From an uncultured Bacteroidales bacterium (GTDB taxonomy: Bacteria; Bacteroidota; Bacteroidia; Bacteroidales; UBA932): 24,571 bases of DNA. Position numbers and translations under genes: made by a program. The stretch covers positions 1 to 24,571 of the forward strand of contig CALCUQ010000020.1 of NCBI GenBank assembly GCA_937906795.1, in the 5' to 3' direction. Below are positions 8,486-17,851 of this stretch, piece after piece. The first letter of the stretch is position 1, and every line of letters begins with the position of its first letter. The notes below the pieces were generated by a model, which was not told where the DNA came from, did no database searches, and worked only from the letters and a program-made list of their open reading frames with translations.

Positions 8486-8522
8486 CAAATATACCAACTT
8501 TACTTTTTTAATGCTATTTTTG
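8486..8522. promoter_or_regulatory. Divergent -7 elements (DUF2723 / SUI1 operon)
   Basis: TATATTTG on - (8486-8493) and TATTTTTG on + (8515-8522). Confidence 0.6.
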
Positions 8523-8543
8523 TAACAAATATTGTGCTAAACT

Positions 8544-8891
8544 ATGGCTAATAACGATTGGAAAAGCAGACTTGGAATGGTATACTCCACCAATCCGGAT
8601 TTTAAATTTGAAACACAGGAGGCAGAAGATATTGATACTCTTGACCCTAAAGACCAGAAACTCATTGTAGCATTGGACAAAAAAGGGCGTAATGGAAAAC
8701 AGGTTACAGTGGTAAATGGTTTTGTAGGAAAAGAATCCGACCTTGAGTCCCTTGGCAAAACACTTAAAACAAAGTGTGGAGTTGGAGGCTCTGTAAAGGA
8801 TGGCGTGATTCTAATTCAAGGAGACCAACGTGACAAGATTACAACAATTCTCAACACTCTTGGATACTCCCGGGCAAAAAGAGGCAACTAA
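8544..8891 (+). CDS. SUI1/YciH family translation initiation factor
   Basis: MVYSTNPDF, GRNGKQVTVV, LKTKCGVGGSVKDG, IQGDQR motifs. Confidence 0.94.
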   Translation: MANNDWKSRLGMVYSTNPDFKFETQEAEDIDTLDPKDQKLIVALDKKGRNGKQVTVVNGFVGKESDLESLGKTLKTKCGVGGSVKDGVILIQGDQRDKITTILNTLGYSRAKRGN

Positions 8892-9635
8892 ATGAGTGCA
8901 GACTCTACAATAAACAATATCCCCAACATATCCCAGTTATGGGATAAGAGTCATCTTGCCCTCTCCAGCACTGCAACAGGGGGCAGTCACTTCTTCCCCC
9001 ACACAATAAACAAAATAGAAGACCTTATCATTATCTCGGTAATTGTTCTGTTCTTTATTGTTGCCTACAAAAGAATCATAGATGGGTTCTATTATGTGTT
9101 CACCTCCTTTTACAGCACCAAAAAGCTTGTAAGCATAGATTTGCAGAAGAATATCCAATTGTGCAAAAACACCCTGTTTTGTTTTCTCACCCTCTGCGTG
9201 TCATTTATGGCGGGCAACATTACACAGACATGGAGCATTAAAGGTGAGTCATATACTAGTTTTGTTATTTTTTCCATTGGTTGCTGCTCAATACTGGCTT
9301 ATTTTTTCATTAAGAGAGTTGCACTTTATCTTTTAAGATGGTTGCACAAAGACAATGTCTTTATATCTGTATTCAAGATGTCAATTACCTTTGCAATTCT
9401 AAACTACACGTTAATTATTTGCGGTTTTATAATATACAGAGCAATAGAATCAATCTCTCCTGCCATACTTATAAAGTATTCATATATATGCACATTTGTC
9501 TCTTTATTTCTTTACTACGTAAACGGATATAAAATTTTTCTTTCAAATGGATTTTCTCATTTTTTCTATATTTTATATCTTTGCACCCTCGAAATTTTAC
9601 CCTTGTTGGTAATTTGGGATATAATTTACGCGTAA
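8892..9635 (+). CDS. DUF4271 membrane protein
   Basis: Multiple TM helices, C-terminal FYILYLCTLEILP motif, directly upstream of hemD as usual in Bacteroidota. Confidence 0.8.
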   Translation: MSADSTINNIPNISQLWDKSHLALSSTATGGSHFFPHTINKIEDLIIISVIVLFFIVAYKRIIDGFYYVFTSFYSTKKLVSIDLQKNIQLCKNTLFCFLTLCVSFMAGNITQTWSIKGESYTSFVIFSIGCCSILAYFFIKRVALYLLRWLHKDNVFISVFKMSITFAILNYTLIICGFIIYRAIESISPAILIKYSYICTFVSLFLYYVNGYKIFLSNGFSHFFYILYLCTLEILPLLVIWDIIYA

Positions 9636-9636
9636 G

Positions 9637-10377
9637 ATGAAGATTGACAACGTTTTAATTTCACAACCAGCTCCACAAAACAATTCTCCTTACACAGATA
9701 TAATTTCTAAGTACGGAGTAAATATAGATTTCTTCCCTTTCTTTAGGGTTGAGCCGTTAACAGCTAAAGAATTCAGACTTCAAAAGATTAATATTCTTGA
9801 CTTTACAGCTATAGTATTTACTGCAAAGACAACTATTGATGCTTTCTTTAAGTTATGTGAAGAGTTACGTATTACAGTCCCTGAAACAATGAAATATTTT
9901 TGTAACTCAGAGGCTACAGCTGTTTACCTTCAGAAACATATTGTTTATAGAAAAAGAAAAATATTTTTTGGCAATGGTTCTGCCCAATCAATAATAGATT
10001 TGATTGGCTCCAAACATAAGGAAGAAAAATTCCTTATTGCAACAGCAGACAACGGTGGAGGTGCAGATATAAACAAATTGTTCAGCAAAACAAAATTCAA
10101 GCATGCAAGTGCTGCTTTTATAAAAACAATTTATAGCGACCTTAATCAGATAGATTTCTCCAAATACCAGATGGCTGTTTTCTACAGTCCTTCTGATATT
10201 AAATCATTGCTTGAAAACTATCCCGATTTCAAACAAGATACTCTTAAAATTGCTACCTTTGGTCCAGCAACCGCAAAAGCTGTAAATGATGCAGGATTTG
10301 AGGCTATTATAAACGCCCCAACTCCACAGGCTCCATCAATCGCCAAAGCTTTGCAACTATATTTTGATGAGAAATAG
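9637..10377 (+). CDS. hemD: Uroporphyrinogen-III synthase-like protein (Bacteroidota HemD type)
   Basis: VLISQPAP..SPY, YLQKHIVYRKRKIFFG, FYSPSDIKSLLENYPDFKQ, FGPATAKAV, APTPQAPS. Confidence 0.88.
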   Translation: MKIDNVLISQPAPQNNSPYTDIISKYGVNIDFFPFFRVEPLTAKEFRLQKINILDFTAIVFTAKTTIDAFFKLCEELRITVPETMKYFCNSEATAVYLQKHIVYRKRKIFFGNGSAQSIIDLIGSKHKEEKFLIATADNGGGADINKLFSKTKFKHASAAFIKTIYSDLNQIDFSKYQMAVFYSPSDIKSLLENYPDFKQDTLKIATFGPATAKAVNDAGFEAIINAPTPQAPSIAKALQLYFDEK

Positions 10378-10750
10378 TTTTACAAAACAGGAAAGACTCT
10401 GTTCTTTTAAAGAAATAGACAATTTGATTAAGAAGGGGAAATCATTTTATTGTTTCCCCTTTAAAGTTATATCTATAAACTACCCCGCTGAGTCGGCGGA
10501 TGAAAATATAACAAACAGCATTATTGTCTCTGTTCCAAAAAGGAATTTTAAGAAAGCTGTTAAAAGAAATCTTCTTAAAAGGAGAATACGGGAGAGCTAC
10601 AGACTCAACAAAAGTATTCTTTATAATTCATCCGCAGGAAAGCACCATATTCTTTTTGTGTATATTGCAAAAGAGGTTCTGGAATACCAGAAGATTGAAT
10701 CCAAAATGAAAGAAATCCTAAAAAATCTTTCCAATGACAGCCAAGGGTAA
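10367..10750 (+). CDS. rnpA: Ribonuclease P protein component
   Basis: [35 protein letters not shown] (RNR-type motif). ATG at 10367; the track start at 10364 is TTG. Confidence 0.93.
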   Translation: MRNSFTKQERLCSFKEIDNLIKKGKSFYCFPFKVISINYPAESADENITNSIIVSVPKRNFKKAVKRNLLKRRIRESYRLNKSILYNSSAGKHHILFVYIAKEVLEYQKIESKMKEILKNLSNDSQG

Positions 10751-10754
10751 AGAT

Positions 10755-10979
10755 ATGCTAAAAAAGATTCTCTCTTTTCCTTTTATTATTCTTGTGAGAT
10801 TCTACCAGGTATGCATATCGCCATTAAAACCTCCCACATGCAGATTTACCCCAACATGCTCCGCATATGCAATTGAGGCCTTAAGAAAACATGGTCCAAT
10901 TAAGGGATTATACCTGGCTGTAAAGAGGATTCTCAGATGCCATCCATGGGGTGGCAGCGGATATGACCCGGTGCCATAA
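10755..10979 (+). CDS. yidD: Membrane protein insertion efficiency factor YidD
   Basis: YQVCISPL...[17 protein letters not shown]...[17 protein letters not shown]. Alternative ATG at 10734. Confidence 0.95.
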   Translation: MLKKILSFPFIILVRFYQVCISPLKPPTCRFTPTCSAYAIEALRKHGPIKGLYLAVKRILRCHPWGGSGYDPVP

Positions 10980-10989
10980 AGTCTATTGG

Positions 10990-12786
10990 TCAAACAAGCT
11001 CATCTGTTATTCCAAAACGTTTGTACACCTCTGTTTTATCTGATATTTCTTTAGACAAAGAATCTATCTCCTGTTTTGGAACATCATAAACATCCAGCAT
11101 AATAAGGCCATCTACACAATTATTGAACAATGGATCCACATTATATGCAATTATCCTGGAGTTTATCTTTATATATTTTTTAAGTAGCGTTGGCAGTCTG
11201 AACTTGTTGTTGCTCAACCTGTAAATAAATCTGTCAAATTTTTCTACAGAATCCATTTTCCCTTTAAGGAGTGAATTGACATCAACTCTGTGATAATTTG
11301 GGACATACCGTTGTTTTGGATTTACCCACTTGGAAATGGATGAACGTCCATGATGCAACTTTAGATAATGTATCATAAGGCTCCTGTAAAAAGCAGGATA
11401 CCACGCACTAATACTTACAGGACCTATAAGATACCTCACCTGGGGATTTCTTATGACTGTATACATCAGTCCCTTTATCAGAAGCATTAGCGAAAGAGGA
11501 TCCTTCTGATATTCCAATGCAACAAACGATCTGCCAAGCTCTATTGCCCTCTTTAAATATATCTTGAATTCCGGTCTGTATCTGAACAATGTATTGCTGT
11601 AAAACCCTCCCAGACCATACTTCCTTAATATCCCATCTCCAAACCCAAGTCTGTATGCACCCACAACTGCCTTGTCTTTCTTATTCCACAAAACAAGGTG
11701 TTTGTAATATGAATCATATCTGTCCGTATCCAGAACATTGTTTGACCCCTCACCCACTGCTCTAAATGCCACTTCCCTTCTCACACCAAGCTCTCTTAAA
11801 AGGTTTGGAATATCCTGCGACTGGAAAAGGTAACATGAATAATCTTTTACATCAAAGAGTTTGTATTTCTCCCCCCTGATAATTTCCTGTTCCAGAATCT
11901 CTTTGTCTACCGGTGAGGCAATCTGCTGAACACAATCTCCCTTTTCATACTCATCAATACCACTTCTCACATTTGCTTCCAGTGCATACGTTCTGTTCCA
12001 CAGATGTTTCCCTAATTCTTTGATTGAAACAAACTCCTCTATTTCAACTACAGACATAGGTCTTCCTATCCTTACAGATACCGTTTTGTCTCTTTTGTTC
12101 GACAATTCACCCGGAAGTCTTATTGTTCTCAGCATTTTGTTTATCCTGCCCAAAAGATGGAAATACTTTGAATTTCCCCCATCAAAATAGACAGGCACTA
12201 CTGGCACACCAGCCCCTTTTATAAGCTTTATGATTGATGGTTGCCACTCTATATCTTTAACAATCCGCTCCTTATTTGCGTTTGATGAAACCTCTCCTGC
12301 TGGGAACAATCCCAGAACTCCTCCATTTTTAAGATGTTCTTTTGCAAGACGGATTCCCTTGAGGCTGCTCCTTAGATCTTTGTTGTCGGTGAAGGGATTA
12401 ACAGGAAAAAAGGATTCCTTTAAATTAGGGATATATGACAAGATGAAATTTGTGAGAATTTTCAGATCTGGTCTGATTCTGCCAAACAAATGAAGCATCA
12501 AGATTCCGTCAAGTCCTCCAAAAGGGTGGTTGGAGACAATTATAAATGGCTCATTTTTGGGCAACAGTTCCAGTTCATCAAGGTTAAAGTCACATTTTAC
12601 ATTCAAGCGTTCCAATAAATGATCTGCAAAATCTATCCCCTGATACTCACTCACATGCTTATAAAGTCTGTTGAGTCTGTTGAGTCCGGCAACAGACATG
12701 GTAGCAGATGCAACGGCATTCCCAAATGCACCTTTTACATTAAAAGCTCGCTTAATTTGCGATTTGCTTACCAATTTTTTGTCCAT
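10990..12786 (-). CDS. Bifunctional acyltransferase: PlsC-type (HX4D) domain plus GNAT N-acyltransferase domain (OlsF-like amino-lipid synthase architecture)
   Basis: SNHPFGGLDG and FPAGEVS in the N-half; REVAFRAVGEG, DRYDSYYKHL, GAYRLG, ELGRSFV, YNVDPLFNNCVDGL in the C-half. Confidence 0.88.
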   Translation of the reverse strand: MDKKLVSKSQIKRAFNVKGAFGNAVASATMSVAGLNRLNRLYKHVSEYQGIDFADHLLERLNVKCDFNLDELELLPKNEPFIIVSNHPFGGLDGILMLHLFGRIRPDLKILTNFILSYIPNLKESFFPVNPFTDNKDLRSSLKGIRLAKEHLKNGGVLGLFPAGEVSSNANKERIVKDIEWQPSIIKLIKGAGVPVVPVYFDGGNSKYFHLLGRINKMLRTIRLPGELSNKRDKTVSVRIGRPMSVVEIEEFVSIKELGKHLWNRTYALEANVRSGIDEYEKGDCVQQIASPVDKEILEQEIIRGEKYKLFDVKDYSCYLFQSQDIPNLLRELGVRREVAFRAVGEGSNNVLDTDRYDSYYKHLVLWNKKDKAVVGAYRLGFGDGILRKYGLGGFYSNTLFRYRPEFKIYLKRAIELGRSFVALEYQKDPLSLMLLIKGLMYTVIRNPQVRYLIGPVSISAWYPAFYRSLMIHYLKLHHGRSSISKWVNPKQRYVPNYHRVDVNSLLKGKMDSVEKFDRFIYRLSNNKFRLPTLLKKYIKINSRIIAYNVDPLFNNCVDGLIMLDVYDVPKQEIDSLSKEISDKTEVYKRFGITDELV

Positions 12787-12846
12787 TCCCTAAAAACTCT
12801 CTAAATTGCTAAAAATTTGCAGGCACTCAGCCAATGCTCTTTTGTA

Positions 12847-12854
12847 CAAATATA
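12847..12854 (-). promoter_or_regulatory. -7 element for the acyltransferase gene
   Basis: TATATTTG on the - strand in the 76 bp divergent gap before uvrC. Confidence 0.5.
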
Positions 12855-12862
12855 GCAAAAAA

Positions 12863-14668
12863 ATGGACATAAAGGACAAAATAGCAATTCTTCCCAATAA
12901 TCCTGGAGTATACAGATTTTTAGATACTTTAGGAAATGTAATCTATATAGGAAAAGCCAAGAATTTGAGAAAAAGAGTTGCGCAATATTTTGCCTGTCCT
13001 CAAAAACTCAATACAAAGACACGAGTGCTGGTTTCCAAAATAGCAGATGTATTGCATACGGTTGTAGAAAGTGAACAGGATGCACTCCTTCTGGAGAACA
13101 ACCTTATAAAAAAGTTCCAGCCCAAATACAACATACTGCTTAAAGATGGAAAAAGCTATCCCTGGATATGCATTAAAAAGGAACCTTTTCCAAGAATCTT
13201 TCTTACACGCAAATTTGTAAAGGACGGCTCACTCTATTTTGGCCCATACAGTTCTGTCCAACATGCCCATAATCTGCTGGATCTGATTAACTCCCTTTAC
13301 AAGATAAGAACCTGCAAACTCTCCCTTACATCTGCAGCAATAGAGAGCGGCAAGTTCAAGCCTTGCCTTAATATGCACATAAGAAAATGTTTCGCCCCTT
13401 GCATCGGACAAATATCCCAAGAGGACTATGACACACAAATAGAGAACATTAAAGAGATTCTTAAAGGGAACACATACACCCTCATTAAAGAGTACAAACT
13501 AAAAATGATGTCACACTCCAAGAGACTTGAATTTGAACAGGCCCAGGAGTATAAGGAGAAAATTGATATACTGCACAAACACTACAGCAAATCACTTATA
13601 GTTCAGTCAAATATCAACAACACAGATGTTTTCTCACTGGTATTTGACGGCAACAACGCTTTTGGAAACTTTATGAGGCTAAACCAAGGGTGTATTGTAC
13701 AAAGCATTAACCAGCATTTCAAACTTAATATAGAAGAAGAAAAAGAGAGTGTCCTTACCCTATTTATGCAGGAAATATATTCTATTCTACTTGCACAGGA
13801 TCCAGATTACAAAGTAGAAGAGATTCTTGTCCCTTATCTTCCCGACAACCTCTCTTTTGGCAAAAACATACACATTCCTCTACGAGGCGACAAACTTAAC
13901 CTGCTTGAACTGAGCACTAAAAACGCCAATGCCCACCGCTTCAACAGAATGAAACAGGAAGAGATCAAAAATCCTGAAGAGGCAGGAAACAGAGCAATTG
14001 TAGCCCTAAAGAATTTTCTTAATATGGATTCACTTCCTGTCCATATTGAATGTTTCGACAACTCAAACACCCAAGGAACAAATCCTGTAGCTGCATGTGT
14101 TGTGTTCAAAAACGGTAAGCCAAGTAAGAGAGACTACAGACATTTTAATATAAAAACGGTTGTAGGGGCCAACGATTACGCGTCCATGTATGAAATTGTA
14201 TTCCGCCGTTACTCCAGACTATTAGAAGAGGCTCAGGAACTTCCACAGCTTGTACTTATTGATGGAGGTAAAGGACAATTAAATTTTGCATACCAAGCAC
14301 TTACAGCACTTAACTTAAATAATAGGATTAAGTTAATAAGCATTGCCGAAAGAATGGAGGAGATTTTTACTACAACAGATAGTACCCCATACTATCTGGA
14401 CAAGAACTCCCCTGCTCTAAAACTCCTTATGCACCTTAGAGACGAGGCTCACAGATTTGGAATAACACACCACAGACAAAAACGGACCAAGAATCAGATT
14501 ACATCCAAACTGCTTGATATTCCGGGCATAGGAGAAGCATCTGCACAAAAACTTCTGCAGCACTTCAAAAGCGTAAAGAGATTAAAAGAAGCTACTGCAG
14601 AAGAAATTGAAATGGTTGCCGGTAAAAAAATCGCAACCATTATAATGAACAATCTTAATAAGCTTTAG
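12863..14668 (+). CDS. uvrC: Excinuclease ABC subunit C
   Basis: PGVY...IYIGKAKNLRKRV (GIY-YIG), PKYNILLKD, HIECFDNS, LIDGGKGQL, RDEAHRFGI, C-terminal HhH (IPGIG). ATG at 12863 preferred over TTG at 12806. Confidence 0.97.
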   Translation: MDIKDKIAILPNNPGVYRFLDTLGNVIYIGKAKNLRKRVAQYFACPQKLNTKTRVLVSKIADVLHTVVESEQDALLLENNLIKKFQPKYNILLKDGKSYPWICIKKEPFPRIFLTRKFVKDGSLYFGPYSSVQHAHNLLDLINSLYKIRTCKLSLTSAAIESGKFKPCLNMHIRKCFAPCIGQISQEDYDTQIENIKEILKGNTYTLIKEYKLKMMSHSKRLEFEQAQEYKEKIDILHKHYSKSLIVQSNINNTDVFSLVFDGNNAFGNFMRLNQGCIVQSINQHFKLNIEEEKESVLTLFMQEIYSILLAQDPDYKVEEILVPYLPDNLSFGKNIHIPLRGDKLNLLELSTKNANAHRFNRMKQEEIKNPEEAGNRAIVALKNFLNMDSLPVHIECFDNSNTQGTNPVAACVVFKNGKPSKRDYRHFNIKTVVGANDYASMYEIVFRRYSRLLEEAQELPQLVLIDGGKGQLNFAYQALTALNLNNRIKLISIAERMEEIFTTTDSTPYYLDKNSPALKLLMHLRDEAHRFGITHHRQKRTKNQITSKLLDIPGIGEASAQKLLQHFKSVKRLKEATAEEIEMVAGKKIATIIMNNLNKL

Positions 14669-14682
14669 CCAGGCAACGCCAA

Positions 14683-17600
14683 CTAAAACGACACAGACAT
14701 TACAAAATTCACAGAATTCTTTTTAAATCCGGCAAGATTCTTTTCTGTTGTATGGTTTCGTGCATACCTTACTCCAGCCGATATTGGTTTTCCAAAACCC
14801 AGAACATGGCAATCAACCTTAAATGTTGCGCCATAAGAATAGTGTTGATAAGACTCCTTAACACCCAACTTCTGGTAGATTATATGCGTGGTATTTGCAA
14901 AATCAAAGAAAGGATTAAGTTGGAATCTCTTTATAAATAAAATCTTAGGAATATGCAGATTACCTAAATATATAGGCATTGCATAGTCAAATGTTGCTGT
15001 AAGATACTCATCTGCATACAACTCTTCATCAAAACCTCTTGGTTGCGATATAAGGTTGTCAAGATAAAATACCTTTGCCCATTGCCTTTGGTAGCCAACT
15101 GAGAGTTTGATACCATGTTTTGAGAAAAATCCGGGGATATATCCGTATGAATATATTGCGGCAGAGTTTCCTTTATATTCACCACCATATGGAGAAGTAG
15201 CACCAAACACATTAAGGCCTATTCCCCATTTTGGATATATGGCAGAATATGCAACCGGCCTCATAATATATCCTTGGATTCCATACTTTAATTCTTGATT
15301 ATATACCTTTTTGGACAATAGGGTATCGGTAAAATAATGATTTGTAAAACCCCACACAACCTGTGGAGTAAGTCCTCTGTTGAGGCCATGAGAATTAAAA
15401 GTGAATGGTATATATGCTGCAAAATCCAGATCCACATCGGCATTGCCTGTTTTAAAGTATCCTAACTTACCGTCTGCATACACATATGCATTCTGTCCAT
15501 TCACATTAATATCTGCGTTTACCTCAAAAACCGGATAAAGACCAGAATATGCAAATTTGAAATGTCCTGCATGACGTCCTTTAGCATATGAATATCCAAA
15601 TTTGGATATTGCATTACCCAAAGTATTCTGTGAATATAAAGTTACACCTAGTGCCAAAACCTCTTCTATCTGGTCAAAATCCATTGCCATTATTTTATCT
15701 ATATCATAATAGAATGGTGCCCACGAGTGAATCCTAAACAAATGACCAACCTTACTATATCTCTTATATTCAAGCTCTTTAGCAAACTCATCTCTAGTTT
15801 TACTAAACCTTACAATACTTGAACTCTCCCCATTTGACTTATCCTGCTTACCTCTTAGTAATCCCTCTTTTTCCAAAGCCTCACAAGCCTGCGCTGTAAG
15901 TTTCTCTGCTACAGGATATAAATACAGATTTTCAAGTTCACCATTTTTAAGGACAACATCTCTTTTGCTTCCAAACTCCTGTGCTGGAGTTATTCTGGCT
16001 CTGACAGGGTAATATCCATCACTTTGAGCTGCTGTATAATACACATAGCCATCATATACCACTGCAGAATGAGCACCATACTTGTCATTTGTAAGTCTCT
16101 CCAACAGAGAATCTTGCAATTTGTATATATTATTTACGCCATCCATATCTGATGCAAAATATACATAATCGCCTCCATCTGCCAATTCTGATATCTTGGA
16201 TGTCTGATGATTGATCACCATCTCCCAATTCCCCTCAATGGTATGTGATTTAAAATTATATTTTGCCTTATACAATGCCAAGCCCATTGCAGACAATGAT
16301 GTTATATAGATATTATCTGCAGACCACACCGCAGAGGTCACTTGTAAGTTTCCAGGCACCGAAATATACGACACTGCATTGGAATATTGGTTATTTGCCT
16401 TACATGGATTAACAACAGCCAAACGGCTACCACCATTATTCAGATACTCTATAAGAAGTATTTGATCAGTTTTAGGGGAAACCGCAGGATTGTAGTACCA
16501 CCCTTTTGCAGTTATTTTAGAGATTCTGTAATTATCCAAATCCATACAATATAAATTACTGTACACATCTGCCTGCCACCTGCTGCTGCCCACTTTCTCT
16601 GTAAAGTAAACTCTATTGTCTTTCCTGACCAGTCTGCTTATCTGTCCGGAAAAATTTCTCAAATGACGCTCCTCCCCCCTGGCAACCAACACAAGTTCCG
16701 TTGAATTCTCATACGAACTTTTTACATATAGTATTGAATCTGCAGAGAGAACAACAGGTGAAGTGTATTTAACATAATATTCTGTGCTCTTATTGACTAT
16801 CCGCTCCGATTCAGAGAATTTTCCACGGTAGTTAAGGTCAGCTCTCCAAATAGAATCCATTAAGATTTGTGCCTGTGCAAACTGCTGTTGATAGGTTCTT
16901 CCAATGAGATCTCTATAGACAATTTTTTTTACAACTGGAGTGTAGAATTTTTTTACAGTTTTATCAAAGACTTTCCCAGATATATAATAATCTCCATATT
17001 GATATCTAATAGAGCTATTTATCATATATCCAAACTCATACAGAGAAGATGAAAATTTCTTATATGAGCCAAACTTCCAATCCTGTGGTCTTCTAAAATC
17101 CCCTTCCAAAACACTTAATCTATGGTACTCCAGAAAGTCTGCATTTCTTCCTCTTCCAGAGTTTGTAAGTTCTGTCTCTGCAACAACAGCATCACCTTCC
17201 AGATTCCATTGTCCGCCATAAACACCTACTCCCAAGCCTGGTGATTGTTGACCAATTATATACTCAGCAATTTTAAAAATTCCTTTTGTAAAATGAGTCA
17301 TTTGACCTACATGCCTTGCCTCATGAATAGCAAGTTGCTCCTCCCAAATATGTGAATAGGTATCTGTTGTTGGCAAGGTATAAAGCTCCATTCTCTTTGG
17401 TGCCCAAGTAACCATACCATTACTATTGGCTGTTCTGTTGTGAAGTATTACAGGAATTTTTGCAGGCTTATCAAGCCCAAGCCCAAGCATTGTAGCCTGC
17501 TTGTTCTGTTCGAGTAACCACAAATAGTTAACCGCTAATGAATCACACCCTCTGGGATAAATTACCTTATAAGTTGGACCATTTATCTGTTGCCACCTCA

Positions 17601-17706
17601 CACTGGCTCTATCACCCGCACCTTCCAAAAACTGCCCACTTGCCGACAAGCTGACAAATACACCCAAAAGCAATAACAGGGTCTTTATTTTCCTAATTCC
17701 AAGCAT
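14683..17706 (-). CDS. Large outer-membrane protein: N-terminal HExxH metallopeptidase-like domain, beta-propeller region, C-terminal beta-barrel (Omp85-related architecture)
   Basis: Signal peptide; IHEARHVGQ plus downstream EGDAVVAET; propeller-like repeats (YYNPAVSP, YFASDMDGVNNIY); aromatic alternating beta-strands and terminal Phe (VNFVMSVSF). Confidence 0.7.
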   Translation of the reverse strand: MLGIRKIKTLLLLLGVFVSLSASGQFLEGAGDRASVRWQQINGPTYKVIYPRGCDSLAVNYLWLLEQNKQATMLGLGLDKPAKIPVILHNRTANSNGMVTWAPKRMELYTLPTTDTYSHIWEEQLAIHEARHVGQMTHFTKGIFKIAEYIIGQQSPGLGVGVYGGQWNLEGDAVVAETELTNSGRGRNADFLEYHRLSVLEGDFRRPQDWKFGSYKKFSSSLYEFGYMINSSIRYQYGDYYISGKVFDKTVKKFYTPVVKKIVYRDLIGRTYQQQFAQAQILMDSIWRADLNYRGKFSESERIVNKSTEYYVKYTSPVVLSADSILYVKSSYENSTELVLVARGEERHLRNFSGQISRLVRKDNRVYFTEKVGSSRWQADVYSNLYCMDLDNYRISKITAKGWYYNPAVSPKTDQILLIEYLNNGGSRLAVVNPCKANNQYSNAVSYISVPGNLQVTSAVWSADNIYITSLSAMGLALYKAKYNFKSHTIEGNWEMVINHQTSKISELADGGDYVYFASDMDGVNNIYKLQDSLLERLTNDKYGAHSAVVYDGYVYYTAAQSDGYYPVRARITPAQEFGSKRDVVLKNGELENLYLYPVAEKLTAQACEALEKEGLLRGKQDKSNGESSSIVRFSKTRDEFAKELEYKRYSKVGHLFRIHSWAPFYYDIDKIMAMDFDQIEEVLALGVTLYSQNTLGNAISKFGYSYAKGRHAGHFKFAYSGLYPVFEVNADINVNGQNAYVYADGKLGYFKTGNADVDLDFAAYIPFTFNSHGLNRGLTPQVVWGFTNHYFTDTLLSKKVYNQELKYGIQGYIMRPVAYSAIYPKWGIGLNVFGATSPYGGEYKGNSAAIYSYGYIPGFFSKHGIKLSVGYQRQWAKVFYLDNLISQPRGFDEELYADEYLTATFDYAMPIYLGNLHIPKILFIKRFQLNPFFDFANTTHIIYQKLGVKESYQHYSYGATFKVDCHVLGFGKPISAGVRYARNHTTEKNLAGFKKNSVNFVMSVSF

Positions 17707-17785
17707 ACAATATAATTGATTGTTAAATAATTGTTGCGAATATACTAATTTTTATGTGGTTTAGACCAATCTTAAAATTTTGCAG

Positions 17786-17793
17786 TATATTTG
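17786..17793 (+). promoter_or_regulatory. -7 element for the Na/Pi cotransporter
   Basis: TATATTTG about 60 nt upstream of ATG 17852. Confidence 0.55.
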
Positions 17794-17851
17794 TACTGCT
17801 CAAAAAATTGCCAAAGCTAAAAGACGCAAACAATTTACTATTATAATAAAC

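Noticed and set aside
12806..12862. TTG-initiated N-terminal extension of uvrC (similarly 17780-17851 for the Na/Pi gene)
   Set aside because: The extensions run through promoter-containing intergenic DNA; family similarity begins at the downstream ATGs.
16767..16794. Exact XerD half-site (TTATGTTAAAT on the - strand) suggesting a dif site
   Set aside because: The partner arm (AATAAGAGCAC) does not resemble a XerC arm, the site lies inside coding sequence (YYVKY), and it is far from the apparent skew switch.
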